Positions 1-10,372 of a stretch of DNA of 64,000 nucleotides are shown piece after piece. Location: IMG/VR virus record IMGVR_UViG_3300006754_000008, one strand, 5' to 3'. How positions within the stretch are numbered: the first letter of the stretch is position 1; the number at the start of each line of letters is the position of its first letter. Under the pieces are notes generated by a model. That model saw only the letters and a list, made by a program, of their open reading frames with translations. It was not told the DNA's origin and searched no databases. Position numbers and translations under genes: made by a program. The stretch comes from an uncultured virus (IMG/VR IMGVR_UViG_3300006754_000008) (taxonomy: Duplodnaviria; Heunggongvirae; Uroviricota; Caudoviricetes).

Positions 1-98
1 CCTTTAACCAGTAGTGGGCTAAAAATCCACTATCGCTATCCTTATAGAAATATCTGGTACACAACTTGCTAAGTGATTGGGGGTCCGGTCAGAAATGT

Positions 99-115
99 TG
101 GCACGGAACTTGCTA
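99..115 (+). promoter_or_regulatory. sigma54-like -24/-12 element
   Basis: TGGCAC-GGAAC-TTGCT matches TGGCAC-N5-TTGCW; second near-match TGGTAC-ACAAC-TTGCT at 55-71. Confidence 0.4.
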
Positions 116-522
116 TCTGGGGGTAGGGGGTGGGTCACGTACCAGAGTTATTTTTGTAGTAAAAGTGTATAAATCCCTTGCTAATTGGAGGGCATCATGG
201 GATATGTATGGACCGGCTTTACAAAAGGCATTACTAATAACTTGCTATGAAGTGCTCTATGGTGACAAGGGTGGAGTATTAAACCAGTGGGATCCTCTGG
301 AGGGTGAGGCACAGACACTCAACGAAGCCCGAAACCCCTGACGCCGATAAGGGGTGAAAAACAATCAGGTTGCCAGATGGTTGTACGGGTGCCGCTGGTT
401 AAAGATAAACCTAAACAGTGCCGAGGCTTATAGGGGGACGATAGAGGTTTGTGAATTGAGGGAGTTGGCCGACTATTTCAGGGATAGCCTTGAGGTAGAT
501 TCGTTTGAGCTTACTGTTCTAT

Positions 523-615
523 AAAAACAACTAGGGTTTGTAACCAGTGTTAGCCAACAAGCACCATTTAAGCTAACCAAACGCTACACTACTCACGAGC
601 CCTAGTTGTTTTTTT
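523..615. repeat. long inverted repeat (about 18-bp arms)
   Basis: AAAAACAACTAGGGTTTG ... CGAGCCCTAGTTGTTTTT, directly before the first hairpin motif. Confidence 0.6.
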
Positions 616-644
616 AGGTCACTTCGGTGGCCTTTAGGACGTAG
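616..644 (+). promoter_or_regulatory. hairpin + CCTTTAGGACGTAG dispersed element
   Basis: AGGTCAC-TTCG-GTGGCCT then TTAGGACGTAG overlapping the RBS GGAGG of 655..870. Confidence 0.7.
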
Positions 645-654
645 GAGGAACACC

Positions 655-870
655 ATGGAGATTGAAGTTATTCTTAGTGATGAGTATGAGGAATTGGAGT
701 ATGCTATTGTTAGTGTAGAAACGGGCAGACTTCTTTCTCATCCTTATTGGGATTACTATACCGATCAGCATCCACTCATCGTGGACTACTTGGTGAATAT
801 GGGGTGGGTTCCCTCCCAGAAGAACCTGAACGAACTCCCATGGCTCAAGAAGTTGTGGGAGAATCGCTGA
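655..870 (+). CDS. hypothetical protein
   Basis: ORF with AGGAGG RBS after the hairpin element. Confidence 0.7.
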   Translation: MEIEVILSDEYEELEYAIVSVETGRLLSHPYWDYYTDQHPLIVDYLVNMGWVPSQKNLNELPWLKKLWENR

Positions 871-1145
871 GAATATCTAGTATTCTCCTTTAGGCTACTT
901 CGGTAGCCTTTAGGTAGTAGTGGTCCTTTGGGCCACATAACAACATACCGGGAGGTATAGGGGATAGGAAGAGTGGAGATAGAAATAAGATTCCCCCGTC
1001 TTATATTGCTATCTCTTGAGCACATATAAAGCCAAGCTCTTATATGTGTGCTTCTTCCCAACCATCTTGGCTATAGTGTTCTAGCACATGTCGTGAGTCG
1101 GCAGACCTTCCCCGGTAACTAGAGTATTTTATAGGGGACTTGATT

Positions 1146-1222
1146 GGCCATCTTCGGGTGGCCTTTAGGTCGTAGTGGTTCTTTGAGCCACATAATTTTG
1201 TAAATCCAACTTGGAGGAAAGA
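1146..1222 (+). repeat. extended leader repeat (hairpin element + second hairpin + RBS), copy A
   Basis: near-identical to 2094-2170 (TAGTGGTTCyTTGAGCCACATAAyTTT..AATCCAACTTGGAGGAAAG); partial copy at 892-940. Confidence 0.8.
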
Positions 1223-1480
1223 ATGGCGTATCGTAGGAACAAGCGTGGTGCTTTTGGCTGGATCGTTATCGTTGTCGTCGTGGCTTTGGCAGTGGTCGGA
1301 GGTTCTGCTGCATATCACAACTTCAGTGGAACGAAGGAGGCAGTCGTAAAAACTGCCAAGGGTGGCAAGCAGGTCATGTCCAAGGGCATCGACCGGCTTG
1401 GCCAGGAGTTGGACGAGTATAATGCTCGCCAGAAGGCTGAGGAGAAGGCCAAGAAGAAGGCCAAGAAGAAGGCCAAGTGA
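1223..1480 (+). CDS. small membrane protein, Lys-rich C-terminus
   Basis: GGAGG RBS, hydrophobic segment WIVIVVVVALAVVGG, KKKAKKKAK tail. Confidence 0.7.
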   Translation: MAYRRNKRGAFGWIVIVVVVALAVVGGSAAYHNFSGTKEAVVKTAKGGKQVMSKGIDRLGQELDEYNARQKAEEKAKKKAKKKAK

Positions 1481-2093
1481 AGGAGACAGTCCCTAAGTGG
1501 CTTGACTATTAATGTCAAGTGAAACTGTAAGGTGTAGTGCCGTTAGGGCAGGTAATACTACATCATCATTATGGTTCTTCCTAGAGGTCACCTTCGGGTG
1601 GCCTTTAGGTGTTAGTAGAGGTATAGGCCCACCCGGATCCTGTGGTGCGAAACCAAACGAGCTAAGGTTCGTTGGAGAGGGTTTGAGCGGAAGCAAGGGC
1701 TTATATAGGAGTTAATGTGGTATCTAGGAAATATCACAGAGATTCTGAAGGCATTATTCCTAGATAGTGTTACTTTACAAACTGGCCGAGGGTGTTTAAA
1801 AAGGGAGCAAATAATGAAGACCAAGAACACGCGGGAGCTTCTATCTGAGATGATACGATGGAGAGACCATTACTTGGCGTGGGCCCAGTCTGGTAACTTG
1901 GGTGCCGACCTCGAAAACGCATACAAGGAACAAGCCGACGCGCTCTCTGCAGCAATCACCGCGTTTGAAACCAAGGGTCTGTGCCAAGGGATGCGTTTGA
2001 ACCCCGCCGACTAGACTCTACCCCGCCATTGCCCTATCATCTAGGGCATGCCTACCCCAACTGTCAAAAAATCTGAAAATCTGAAATCCTATT

Positions 2094-2170
2094 GGCAACC
2101 TTCGGGTTGCCTTTAGGTGGTAGTGGTTCCTTGAGCCACATAACTTTATGAATCCAACTTGGAGGAAAGT
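2094..2170 (+). repeat. extended leader repeat, copy B
   Basis: matches 1146-1222. Confidence 0.8.
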
Positions 2171-2650
2171 ATGTATAATGATGACGATACTAATTACGCT
2201 GACTGTGTTAAGATTTTGAACATCTATAACATAAGCAAGGATAGTCCTCTTCGCAAGATTGATGAGGATATGCTGTTGGACATGATGCTCGATTCGACGC
2301 CGCTGTTGTACGAGGGTATTTCTCCACAGACATTGCTTCAAGGATTGGAGGGTCTGGCTCAGGAGGTTTTGGATTTGGATCAGCGGCTGGCTGCGGGTAG
2401 TATTCCTAAGGATTCGGCTTTTCACAAGTTGGCGAAGCCGATTCAGCTTGCTCTCGTCAAGGAGGCGGATCAGAGGGTCGTGGCGCTCGATAGTGATGAG
2501 TTCGATGAGCAAGCCAATCTGATGTATGATGAAATGATGCTTCGGAAGATTGTGGAGCTTACCAAACAGTATGGTGGACAGGAGATGCCTTCGTTGTCTC
2601 CGGTGGATGACTTGATTCCTCCCAAAAAGAAGTTGACGCTTCTGAACTAG
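2171..2650 (+). CDS. hypothetical protein, paralog family A
   Basis: shares S(P/S)LR and LVxEADxxxVxxDSxEF motifs with 4725..5183 and 8518..8910. Confidence 0.8.
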   Translation: MYNDDDTNYADCVKILNIYNISKDSPLRKIDEDMLLDMMLDSTPLLYEGISPQTLLQGLEGLAQEVLDLDQRLAAGSIPKDSAFHKLAKPIQLALVKEADQRVVALDSDEFDEQANLMYDEMMLRKIVELTKQYGGQEMPSLSPVDDLIPPKKKLTLLN

Positions 2651-2716
2651 CAGCAATCAGCAGTAATCCTAGAGGCACTCTTCGGAGTGCCTTTAGGACG
2701 TAGAGGCATACTTCTT

Positions 2717-3221
2717 AGGTTGATGACAGACCTTAAAGTTAGTATGAACGTACTGAACTGTAAAAAGTCATTACACTTCGGTCCTAGAAATAGTGATGGT
2801 GCTACTACTATATCTCTACAAAGTACCCTTCCTATTTAGGACTATGTAGATAAGCGCAATCCACATAGTCTTTAGGTTGTCACATGAACGACTTCGGTTG
2901 AGTCATGAAGCATTCAGTAACCGGCATTGCCAGTTGCGTTTCTCTCATAGGTTAGAGCTTACCCTATGTTAGAAAGAGAGTGCTTAAAAGCTCATCTTCT
3001 TGAAGGCGAAGGAATCGAGCTGTCGGAACTTCGGTGAAGACGACTAGTGGGTGTAAGACTCACCAAGAAGATTTATATTATGTTACTATGCCACAGGGGC
3101 ATATGTAACGGCCCTACTCCCAAGAAGGGTTGGCTGAATGCTGAGGGAATGGTGATTGTGCTCACCATGAAGGCGTCACAGAGATGGGACTTGTGTCAGG
3201 TGTGAATCCTGGAATCAACCC
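2717..3221 (+). ncRNA. candidate large structured non-coding RNA (~500 nt)
   Basis: no ORF of 60 aa or more; nested helices GGTTGAT/ATCAACC, AGCATTCAG/CTGAATGCT, ATCTTCTTG/CAAGAAGAT, GGACTATGT/ACATAGTCT; flanked by hairpin elements at 2673 and 3239. Confidence 0.6.
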
Positions 3222-4265
3222 ATAGTACACTTCTTAACGGTCACCTTCGGGTGGCCTTTAAGTCGTAGATATGATAATAAGTTAATTAAGCCAGAGGATT
3301 TAACATGGAACTTTCGAAAGAAGAAAAAATTGGGGCTTATAGACGAATGGCAAAGTTCTGCCAAGACATCATTAATTCAGTAGATGAGCTTACCATTGTC
3401 GAGCTTTACAAGGAGAGGCTTCTTGATTTTGAGCGAAGAATTGATCGCTTAGAAATAGAAATTGAGAATGACAGAGCGTCATCGTCTAACACATCAGAAT
3501 AGGTTAAGGGCGAGGTAGGTTTAGAATTTACTATCGCAATATATATATTCGATTTGTGTCAGCAAGGAAGGAGCAAGGCAATGGTTACTGTTCACATTTC
3601 AGAGGAATACGGCTATCGTGAATGGAAATGGGAAGGCGAGCTAAAAAGCTTTGTAGAGATGTGGAACAAGGCTCAGTCCTTTGGTGTACATTGCTTAGTG
3701 CCCATTCCGACATTATTTCCGGGTGCTATCCTTGAGGATGGTCCACTTAGCTTAATTATACCAGACTATTATACTCATATCCATGAGGAGGATGATTCTT
3801 ACATCCGAATTAAGGATGTTGTTACTGACTGGGGCAGCACTGTCTCTTTGGAGGAAAAATGAGTAATGCTGAGTTGATGCAGGAGTTGTGGCGTCGTTCG
3901 GAATCTTCGGATGACCCAAAGGAGAAGATGCTTCTTGAGATTGCGGGGAATCTCATAGAGGCGATTTTCGATACCGACAACATCAATGGCTCGATTAATT
4001 CCGCCATTGAGGATGCGAAAGATCACTTGAGCAATATTTGTATTGGGGGTTAGCTCAAAAAAGTTGAAGCCTACTTCGCTATATAAGCAAGGGGGGTGGG
4101 TCACGTATCAGAATAGATTTTGAAATAAAGTTGTATAACTTATTCGCAAGCTAAGTTGAGAGTTAGATAATTTGTCATGGAAAACCTGCGCTATGTGGGT
4201 AAGGCAACGGCAAATGTTATCTCAACTTCATTTTAGCAACTGTCATCTCACAAACTTTCGAGGAA

Positions 4266-4532
4266 ATGGAGAATATCATGGCAAAGCTCACAGAGAATCA
4301 GCAAAAGCACATTGACAACCTGAAAGAGGCGTTGGCCAAGTATAAGGAGGAAAATCCTGAAGCGGAGGTTATTACCATGACCGAGTTGAGAAAGCAGACG
4401 AAGCTCGGCAAGGGAAGGATCAAGGATACTATTCGTCGTGGCAAAATGGAAATGGAGGTTGTTTTTGTTGACAACTTTTCCAAAGAGGGCAGGGAAGACG
4501 GCGAGGTTCGCCAGTACCAAGTGAGGCTGTAA
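4266..4532 (+). CDS. hypothetical protein, possibly DNA-binding
   Basis: ORF with RBS; basic helical segment ITMTELRKQTKLGKGRIK. Confidence 0.6.
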   Translation: MENIMAKLTENQQKHIDNLKEALAKYKEENPEAEVITMTELRKQTKLGKGRIKDTIRRGKMEMEVVFVDNFSKEGREDGEVRQYQVRL

Positions 4533-4732
4533 TGAAGTATATCCCGAAGTCTATCCCCAAAGTTTATGGAGTTCATGGAGCAACTGCCACTGGCAAGCGA
4601 CATTGTGTTGTTTGTGGAAAGGAGATTTCTAAGGGAAGTTTGAGTTTGGATTTGACCAGCCAATACCACGGTAAAACCAAGACGGGTCATCATTGTATCA
4701 ATTGTGCCAAGATGGAGGATCAAAATGTGTGA
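4532..4732 (+). CDS. small Zn-finger-like protein
   Basis: CVVC...HxxC; overlaps both neighbouring ORFs. Confidence 0.55.
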   Translation: MKYIPKSIPKVYGVHGATATGKRHCVVCGKEISKGSLSLDLTSQYHGKTKTGHHCINCAKMEDQNV

Positions 4733-5183
4733 GAAATGTGAAGCCGCCGCCAAGGAGCTTATGGATAAGTACAGCGTGAAGGAGAACAGTCCCCTTCGCA
4801 GTCTCGCCGGGAAGGATGCTCTTGGGTTGCTGGATTCGGGTGTTATACTGTTACAGTCTGGAATTCCTTTCGATATGCTGATTCAGCCATTGGAAAATAT
4901 TGCCGAAAGGTGTCTCGGCATGAGGGAGCGCATGGAGAAGGAGCTAACCAGTGATAGTCTCTTTCATCAGTTGGTTTTGCCTGTTCAGTTGTATTTGGTG
5001 GATGAAGCTGACAAGCGAAAGGTGGATTTTGATAGTGAGGAGTTCGGTGTTCAGATTGACATCGAATATCGTAGGATGATGGTTGAAGAGATGAAGGCTC
5101 AATTGAAGTCCCTGCCCCCTCTTGGAGAGGAAAGGCTTCCTGATGTGGACATTCTTGACAAAAAGAAGCTGATGCTGAATTAA
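4725..5183 (+). CDS. hypothetical protein, paralog family A
   Basis: GGAGG RBS before ATG 4725; similar to 2171..2650 including the C-terminal KKKLxLN-like end. Confidence 0.8.
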   Translation: MCEKCEAAAKELMDKYSVKENSPLRSLAGKDALGLLDSGVILLQSGIPFDMLIQPLENIAERCLGMRERMEKELTSDSLFHQLVLPVQLYLVDEADKRKVDFDSEEFGVQIDIEYRRMMVEEMKAQLKSLPPLGEERLPDVDILDKKKLMLN

Positions 5184-6729
5184 TAGGAGAGATAACCGCC
5201 TAGGGGCACCCTTTTGGGTGCCTTTAGGTCGTAGAACAGGAGAAAACATGAAGTTTTATCTGTGTGAATGTCTTAAAGCTCCTAGAATATTCAATCATGC
5301 GGTTAGTGATTTATGGGAAGAGGTTATTGAGTTTGTTGAAAAGCCGTCTTTTGATGAAGCTTCTGACATATGTTTTGCCTTTGGTCGCTTAATAGCATCG
5401 ATATTCCACAAAATATATATCAGAATGCCCGGTGATAGCATGTGTATAAGGAAAATAGAGCAACGATTTCATGAATCGGGGTGTATAAGGTCGTTAAATC
5501 ATAGACCTTTTGGGGTATGTGCTGCTACAATTGAGCATAAATTATCTAATTAGACACCTATTCGGGGTGTCCATTAGTGTATCAAAAATCCATTATCGCT
5601 ATCTTTGGAGAAATAGATGAAAAAGGCAATGGGATTTCTGCTTTGGTTTGTTGAGACATTTAATTGGTTGACATTTGGCACTCTATTGAATTTTGATTAT
5701 ATAATTATGTCTCGTAGAGAGTATGAGGATTATAATCTCGATATGTGTTTCAATATCATTATGGCTTCTGATAATCAGACAGAGCTATGGGTAAGTAATA
5801 TGCTCTATGGTCCATGGTTTCCAAAGTGCTTAAGAGCAGAGTATTTCATTTGTTATTACAATAAGAACTAAGAATAACCAGGCCCACAAGAGCCTGGGAA
5901 ATGTCGTACAAAGTCCGAAATGATGGTCTGTGAGAATGACTCCTATGGGCCATTGAACAGGTTGGTCTACTGCCGCGAATGCGGAGAGGCCAAGCAGAAA
6001 AAGGAGGACAAAATCAAACTAAAAATTAAGGCGTCCGGACTGTATCCCCCTCATCAGATCTGGGGCGGTGGGCATACCACCGAAACAGACCCAATGAGGA
6101 AGGGATGGAGAGCCTGCTACTCCGGTAGTAACAAAAGGGTTCTTTTGGTTGGGAAAAAGGACGTTGAGGGGTGCTTCTCCATGGTTCCCATGGAGAAGGA
6201 TCTAAGCCTGGCGTTTTATCTCGAAACGCCAGAGTATGTCAACAAAAATATAAACAACGAGGAGTACACCGACGCCAGTTATGAGGTGGTGCCGGATGTC
6301 CCCGGCTGGGGGCTGAAAGCGATTGAAATCCTGAAGAAGGAAATGAGGTCGCTAGGCTATAATGAGGAAGAGATTCCTCAATAGCAAAAAACAATTCAAG
6401 GAGAAGAAATGGATCTATTGAACCAGTTAACAGCTATCGGATATTTTCCGTAAAGGCGCAAGCCAAAAGAGTAACCAAGCCGGTGACGCTGGAAGGACGG
6501 CAATAAAGATCTTAGAGACACCCAAAGGTGTCTTTAAGACGTAGGAGATAAAAAATGCAAGTTAACTATCACTTATTTGATATGCGAGGAAAATATAGTG
6601 TTCATACAACTGTTGTATTGGACAATCTTTCGATACGGGATTTGAGAGAGTATTTATCAAGGGGATGGGATTTAAAGACATATACTTCGCCATATCGTCT
6701 TAGCAAGATTTTTTAAGGAGAGTGGTGTA

Positions 6730-7410
6730 ATGAATTTTACTACTTCAAGGTTGCTGATAGCTGGTGATACTCATGGAGTTGTAAAAGACATCTCTACAAT
6801 TGATCGAAAGGCCATTGAGGAAAACGCCAGCTTAATTCTCCAAGTTGGAGATTTCGGGATATATTGGGATCATGATGCTGATAAGTATTTTCAAGGACGC
6901 ACTAATGACGTTATTTGGATTACTGTTGGTGGAAATCATGAAGTTTATCCTATTTGGCAAAAACTTCAGAGGGAACAGGGAAATCCGGAATTGGTAGAAT
7001 TATGGCCTAATTGCTATTGGGCACCACGGCCAACTCTACTAAAAATCAATAATGAGAAGTTCTTGTTGATGGGAGGTGCAAATTCAACAGATCGTCATTT
7101 GAGAACTGAAGGGGTAAACTGGTGGCCATATGAAGAGCCAACTAAGAAAGAAATAGATAACTTCTTCTACACTCTTCAAAATGACAAGCCTGATGTTGTA
7201 GTAACACATGAGGCACCTTCTTCGATTCACATTGGCTTTGATAGGAGGATGACAAGAGTAGCTACTGATTTTGAAAATGTAATTGCTCATACAGATCATA
7301 TGCCGAGAGTTTGGTATTATGGTCATCATCATTACACATCTACATTGGAGGTTGAAGACACAGAGTTTATTTGTTGTGGTGCTTTTGGAAATTATGTTGT
7401 ACATAGGTAG
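6730..7410 (+). CDS. calcineurin-like metallophosphoesterase
   Basis: GDTHG, VGDFG, GGNHE, VTHEAP, YGHHH motifs. Confidence 0.9.
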   Translation: MNFTTSRLLIAGDTHGVVKDISTIDRKAIEENASLILQVGDFGIYWDHDADKYFQGRTNDVIWITVGGNHEVYPIWQKLQREQGNPELVELWPNCYWAPRPTLLKINNEKFLLMGGANSTDRHLRTEGVNWWPYEEPTKKEIDNFFYTLQNDKPDVVVTHEAPSSIHIGFDRRMTRVATDFENVIAHTDHMPRVWYYGHHHYTSTLEVEDTEFICCGAFGNYVVHR

Positions 7411-7856
7411 AATAATATAGTGCTTTGATTATCATATGGCCCAACATGATGATTGTATTTTTTAATGGGCATTACAGGAGAAAACACATGGCGAAGAAGC
7501 AAGTTGAGACTAAGAAGGTAGATTACAAGGAAGAGGGCATTGAGGATCTGTTTGATGACTGTTCCGTTCTTGAGGCCGAGTTTACTATTCTGACATCTGA
7601 TGGTGAGCAGAAGGTGATCAAGGTTGTGAGTCCTCACAGTTCTTGGCGCAAGGGTTCCAAGGATAGTGGCAAGGGTGACAACCTCCATCTCGGCGGTGCG
7701 GGTCAGCTTCCTGACGGTCTGGGTAAGGTGCAGCTCGGTTGTAATCTTACTCCTTGGAAGTCGAAGGATCATTACGGCATTACCAAGAAGTAATCTTTAG
7801 TCTAACATAGCTATTGTCCTTTAGGCCCCAAGTCCACAGGGCCTTTAGGACGCAAT

Positions 7857-7930
7857 GGACCCTTAGCTCAGTTGGTCAGAGCGGCTGTCTCATAAATAGC
7901 GGGTCGCTGGTTCAAATCCAGCAGGGTCCA
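7857..7930 (+). tRNA. tRNA CAT, probably Ile2 (lysidine type)
   Basis: GGACCCT/AGGGTCC acceptor stem, GCTGT-CTCATAA-ATAGC anticodon arm, GGTTCAAATCC T-arm; TilS is encoded in the window. Confidence 0.9.
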
Positions 7931-8517
7931 CTAAATAATTAAGGATATTATGAAACATTTGGATAGTTGTACAAAAGTACTTGCTGAAATGGCTGGAGGT
8001 TATGGCACGCGCTACCGAGTACTTGCCAGAAAGCCTTGGTGGTCGGAATATTATTGGGGAAAAGACGATGGGGAAGACAATGAAGAAGACAATGAAGAAA
8101 ATGCCGTCGAGGAGAGATCATCCCATTCGTAGTAAGTGGCACATGATAGAACAGCCAAAATCTAATTATGATCGTCGTCGTGATAATGCAATTCCTGATG
8201 TAGAGGATAGTGATGATGATTTGACATAGTTTTTTGATTTGCCAAAGGAGTAAAGAGTGAAAATTGGCATATGGATTAAGAATGAGAATTTGGAACAAGC
8301 AGACGTTACATTTTTTGATATGCCGGTTGCTTATGTTAGGATTGTTCCTCTTTCTGATCCCGATAAGTCTGAATTAACTTTGCGTTCATATAGGGACGGG
8401 ATACTCATTCGATCACGAACTTATCCTGTGCCATCTTCTGAGACAAAGCGTTTTGTTCCCGACTTCATATCTGGTGTTTTTATTCGGGAACTGGGAAATT
8501 AAACAAAGGAGAGTGAG

Positions 8518-8910
8518 ATGTATGCTGAAGAATCAATCGTATCTGCCGAGGAAATGAATTACTTTGATGACTTGTTTTTCTTAGATACTTGTGGGGTCAA
8601 GGTAAATAGCAGTCTTCGAAAACTAAGTCCTGATAATCTTCGTGAGCTACTTACGGTCACCAAGAATGTCTTTGATACTGGTCTTCCCAATTTCATGGTT
8701 ACTGATGCTTTGGAGATGATCGCAAACAATGGTTTTGATATTCTAGCAAGAGCAAGTGCCGAGTTAGATTCTGATCATCCTTTCTTTTCTCTTCTCATGC
8801 CAGCACAGATCATTTTAGTTGAGGAGGCTGATAGGCTTCAGGTAAAGTTGGACAGTCCAGAGTTCATGTTTCAGGTACGCCATTGGCCAATGATCAACGA
8901 TGCAAATTAG
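8518..8910 (+). CDS. hypothetical protein, paralog family A
   Basis: SSLR and LVEEADRLQVKLDSPEF motifs. Confidence 0.75.
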   Translation: MYAEESIVSAEEMNYFDDLFFLDTCGVKVNSSLRKLSPDNLRELLTVTKNVFDTGLPNFMVTDALEMIANNGFDILARASAELDSDHPFFSLLMPAQIILVEEADRLQVKLDSPEFMFQVRHWPMINDAN

Positions 8911-8926
8911 CTGAGGAGTTTTTATC

Positions 8927-9976
8927 ATGAGACATTTGTTGTCGGCAATAATTCTTTTACTTTTTGGGTGCGGTGATGAGACAATGCACTTGGCAAGCAA
9001 GACTGTATGTGGCTTCGCCTTAGTGCTGGTGGCGCTGGCAGGATGCACGGTGGATAACGTGGACTTCGATCCGGCCGTGGCCTGGCCGCCTACGCCTTGT
9101 GTCTCAGGAGCTACACAGAGCTGCTATTGTTCTAGAGGTAAAAAGAGTGGTGTCCAAGTTTGCAACGTCTTAGGAGAGAGCTGGGGAGCTTGTGTAGGGT
9201 GTCAGACTGATGACGTGATGCCAAAAGATACTGGAGTTGATATTGGCACTGCTCCTGATGCTGGAGTTGTTTTGGATGCTGATGTTATGACAGATGATTC
9301 TTCACCAGATGCTACGGTGAAACCATTATCAGACATATTCCCGCACCCTGATACAGTTTCTAAGTGCTTGTCATATCAAAGTGGTTGTGTTTATGACAAA
9401 ATCGTCAAGTGTAACACTTTTACTGGGTTACTTGATGTAATTGAAGATTGCTCTAAGAAAAATTATGGCAATATTAAATTTGGCTGTAGCATTTGTAAGG
9501 GAACTCCAACTTGCTTGCCACCAACCAACATGTACTCTGGGGAAATTTCAAAATACATTGGGTATAAATATACATATCGCTATCCCAGATGTCCAATTCC
9601 GAATGTAAACTTTTTCATTGATGCTGAGTATCAGAATAAAAGCACAAAGTTATTCTATCATCGAATTATGACTACCAATTTTTCTCTTGTGGTGGCGATT
9701 CGTGATGTAACTGCCACATTCAATGATTCATTCTATAGTTCGACATCTTCTACCACTAAGTATCACAAGGTACAGGTAAGGCTGGGAATTTGTACAAACT
9801 GGAAGATTGGAGATAGCACAGTTGTTCCTAATAATTATGGAACAGTAAAACTAAAGTTTTCGAAACTCGACATGGGTGGATCTTATGACTTATCGATGGA
9901 CGGTTTGTTATATTGCGGTGGATTGTGGAAGCCGTTTAAGTACCAGGCTAAGGGGTTCATAAGATCTATAAAATAG
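8927..9976 (+). CDS. Cys-rich lipoprotein-like secreted protein
   Basis: lipobox-like LFGC and LAGC, CxxGxxQSCYC..G.Q.C...WGAC motif, PDAG/DA acidic linker. Confidence 0.7.
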   Translation: MRHLLSAIILLLFGCGDETMHLASKTVCGFALVLVALAGCTVDNVDFDPAVAWPPTPCVSGATQSCYCSRGKKSGVQVCNVLGESWGACVGCQTDDVMPKDTGVDIGTAPDAGVVLDADVMTDDSSPDATVKPLSDIFPHPDTVSKCLSYQSGCVYDKIVKCNTFTGLLDVIEDCSKKNYGNIKFGCSICKGTPTCLPPTNMYSGEISKYIGYKYTYRYPRCPIPNVNFFIDAEYQNKSTKLFYHRIMTTNFSLVVAIRDVTATFNDSFYSSTSSTTKYHKVQVRLGICTNWKIGDSTVVPNNYGTVKLKFSKLDMGGSYDLSMDGLLYCGGLWKPFKYQAKGFIRSIK

Positions 9977-10054
9977 TGGTATCACCGAAGGCTCCCTAAC
10001 GGGAGCCTTTTGGTGGTATTAATAACAGCTCGGTGATCCCGATAGGAGGAGAGA

Positions 10055-10372
10055 ATGGCTCAGGACAAGAAAGGTTTCTCTAGGCGGCATGAGACAAACG
10101 AGGCGCATGTTGCTCGGCAGAATGCTAGGAGAGATAAGAAGCGAGGCCAGCTTGATGCTGCTCAAGACAGGGTAGAAATGGCAGAGGTGAGAAAGCCTTC
10201 TCTTCAGTTGAAGAGATTGAACAGCCGACTGGGCAAAGGAGTTGGGGCAAAGAAGGAGAGAGCTAAGTTGGAAGCTCGTATTGCCAAGGGTGATAAGAGC
10301 AGGGCGACTTTGGAAGAGGAAGCCGAGAAGAAGAACAAAAAGGTGCCAGTCGAAGATATACCAGTTTCATAA
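10055..10372 (+). CDS. basic hypothetical protein
   Basis: AGGAGG RBS; K/R-rich. Confidence 0.7.
   Translation: MAQDKKGFSRRHETNEAHVARQNARRDKKRGQLDAAQDRVEMAEVRKPSLQLKRLNSRLGKGVGAKKERAKLEARIAKGDKSRATLEEEAEKKNKKVPVEDIPVS

Noticed and set aside
2018..2656. Long minus-strand ORFs (e.g. 2018..2656, 4298..4753, 7392..7772, 34254..34712)
   Set aside because: Antisense shadows of well-supported + strand genes with no recognisable motifs; only the three minus-strand HNH ORFs are accepted.
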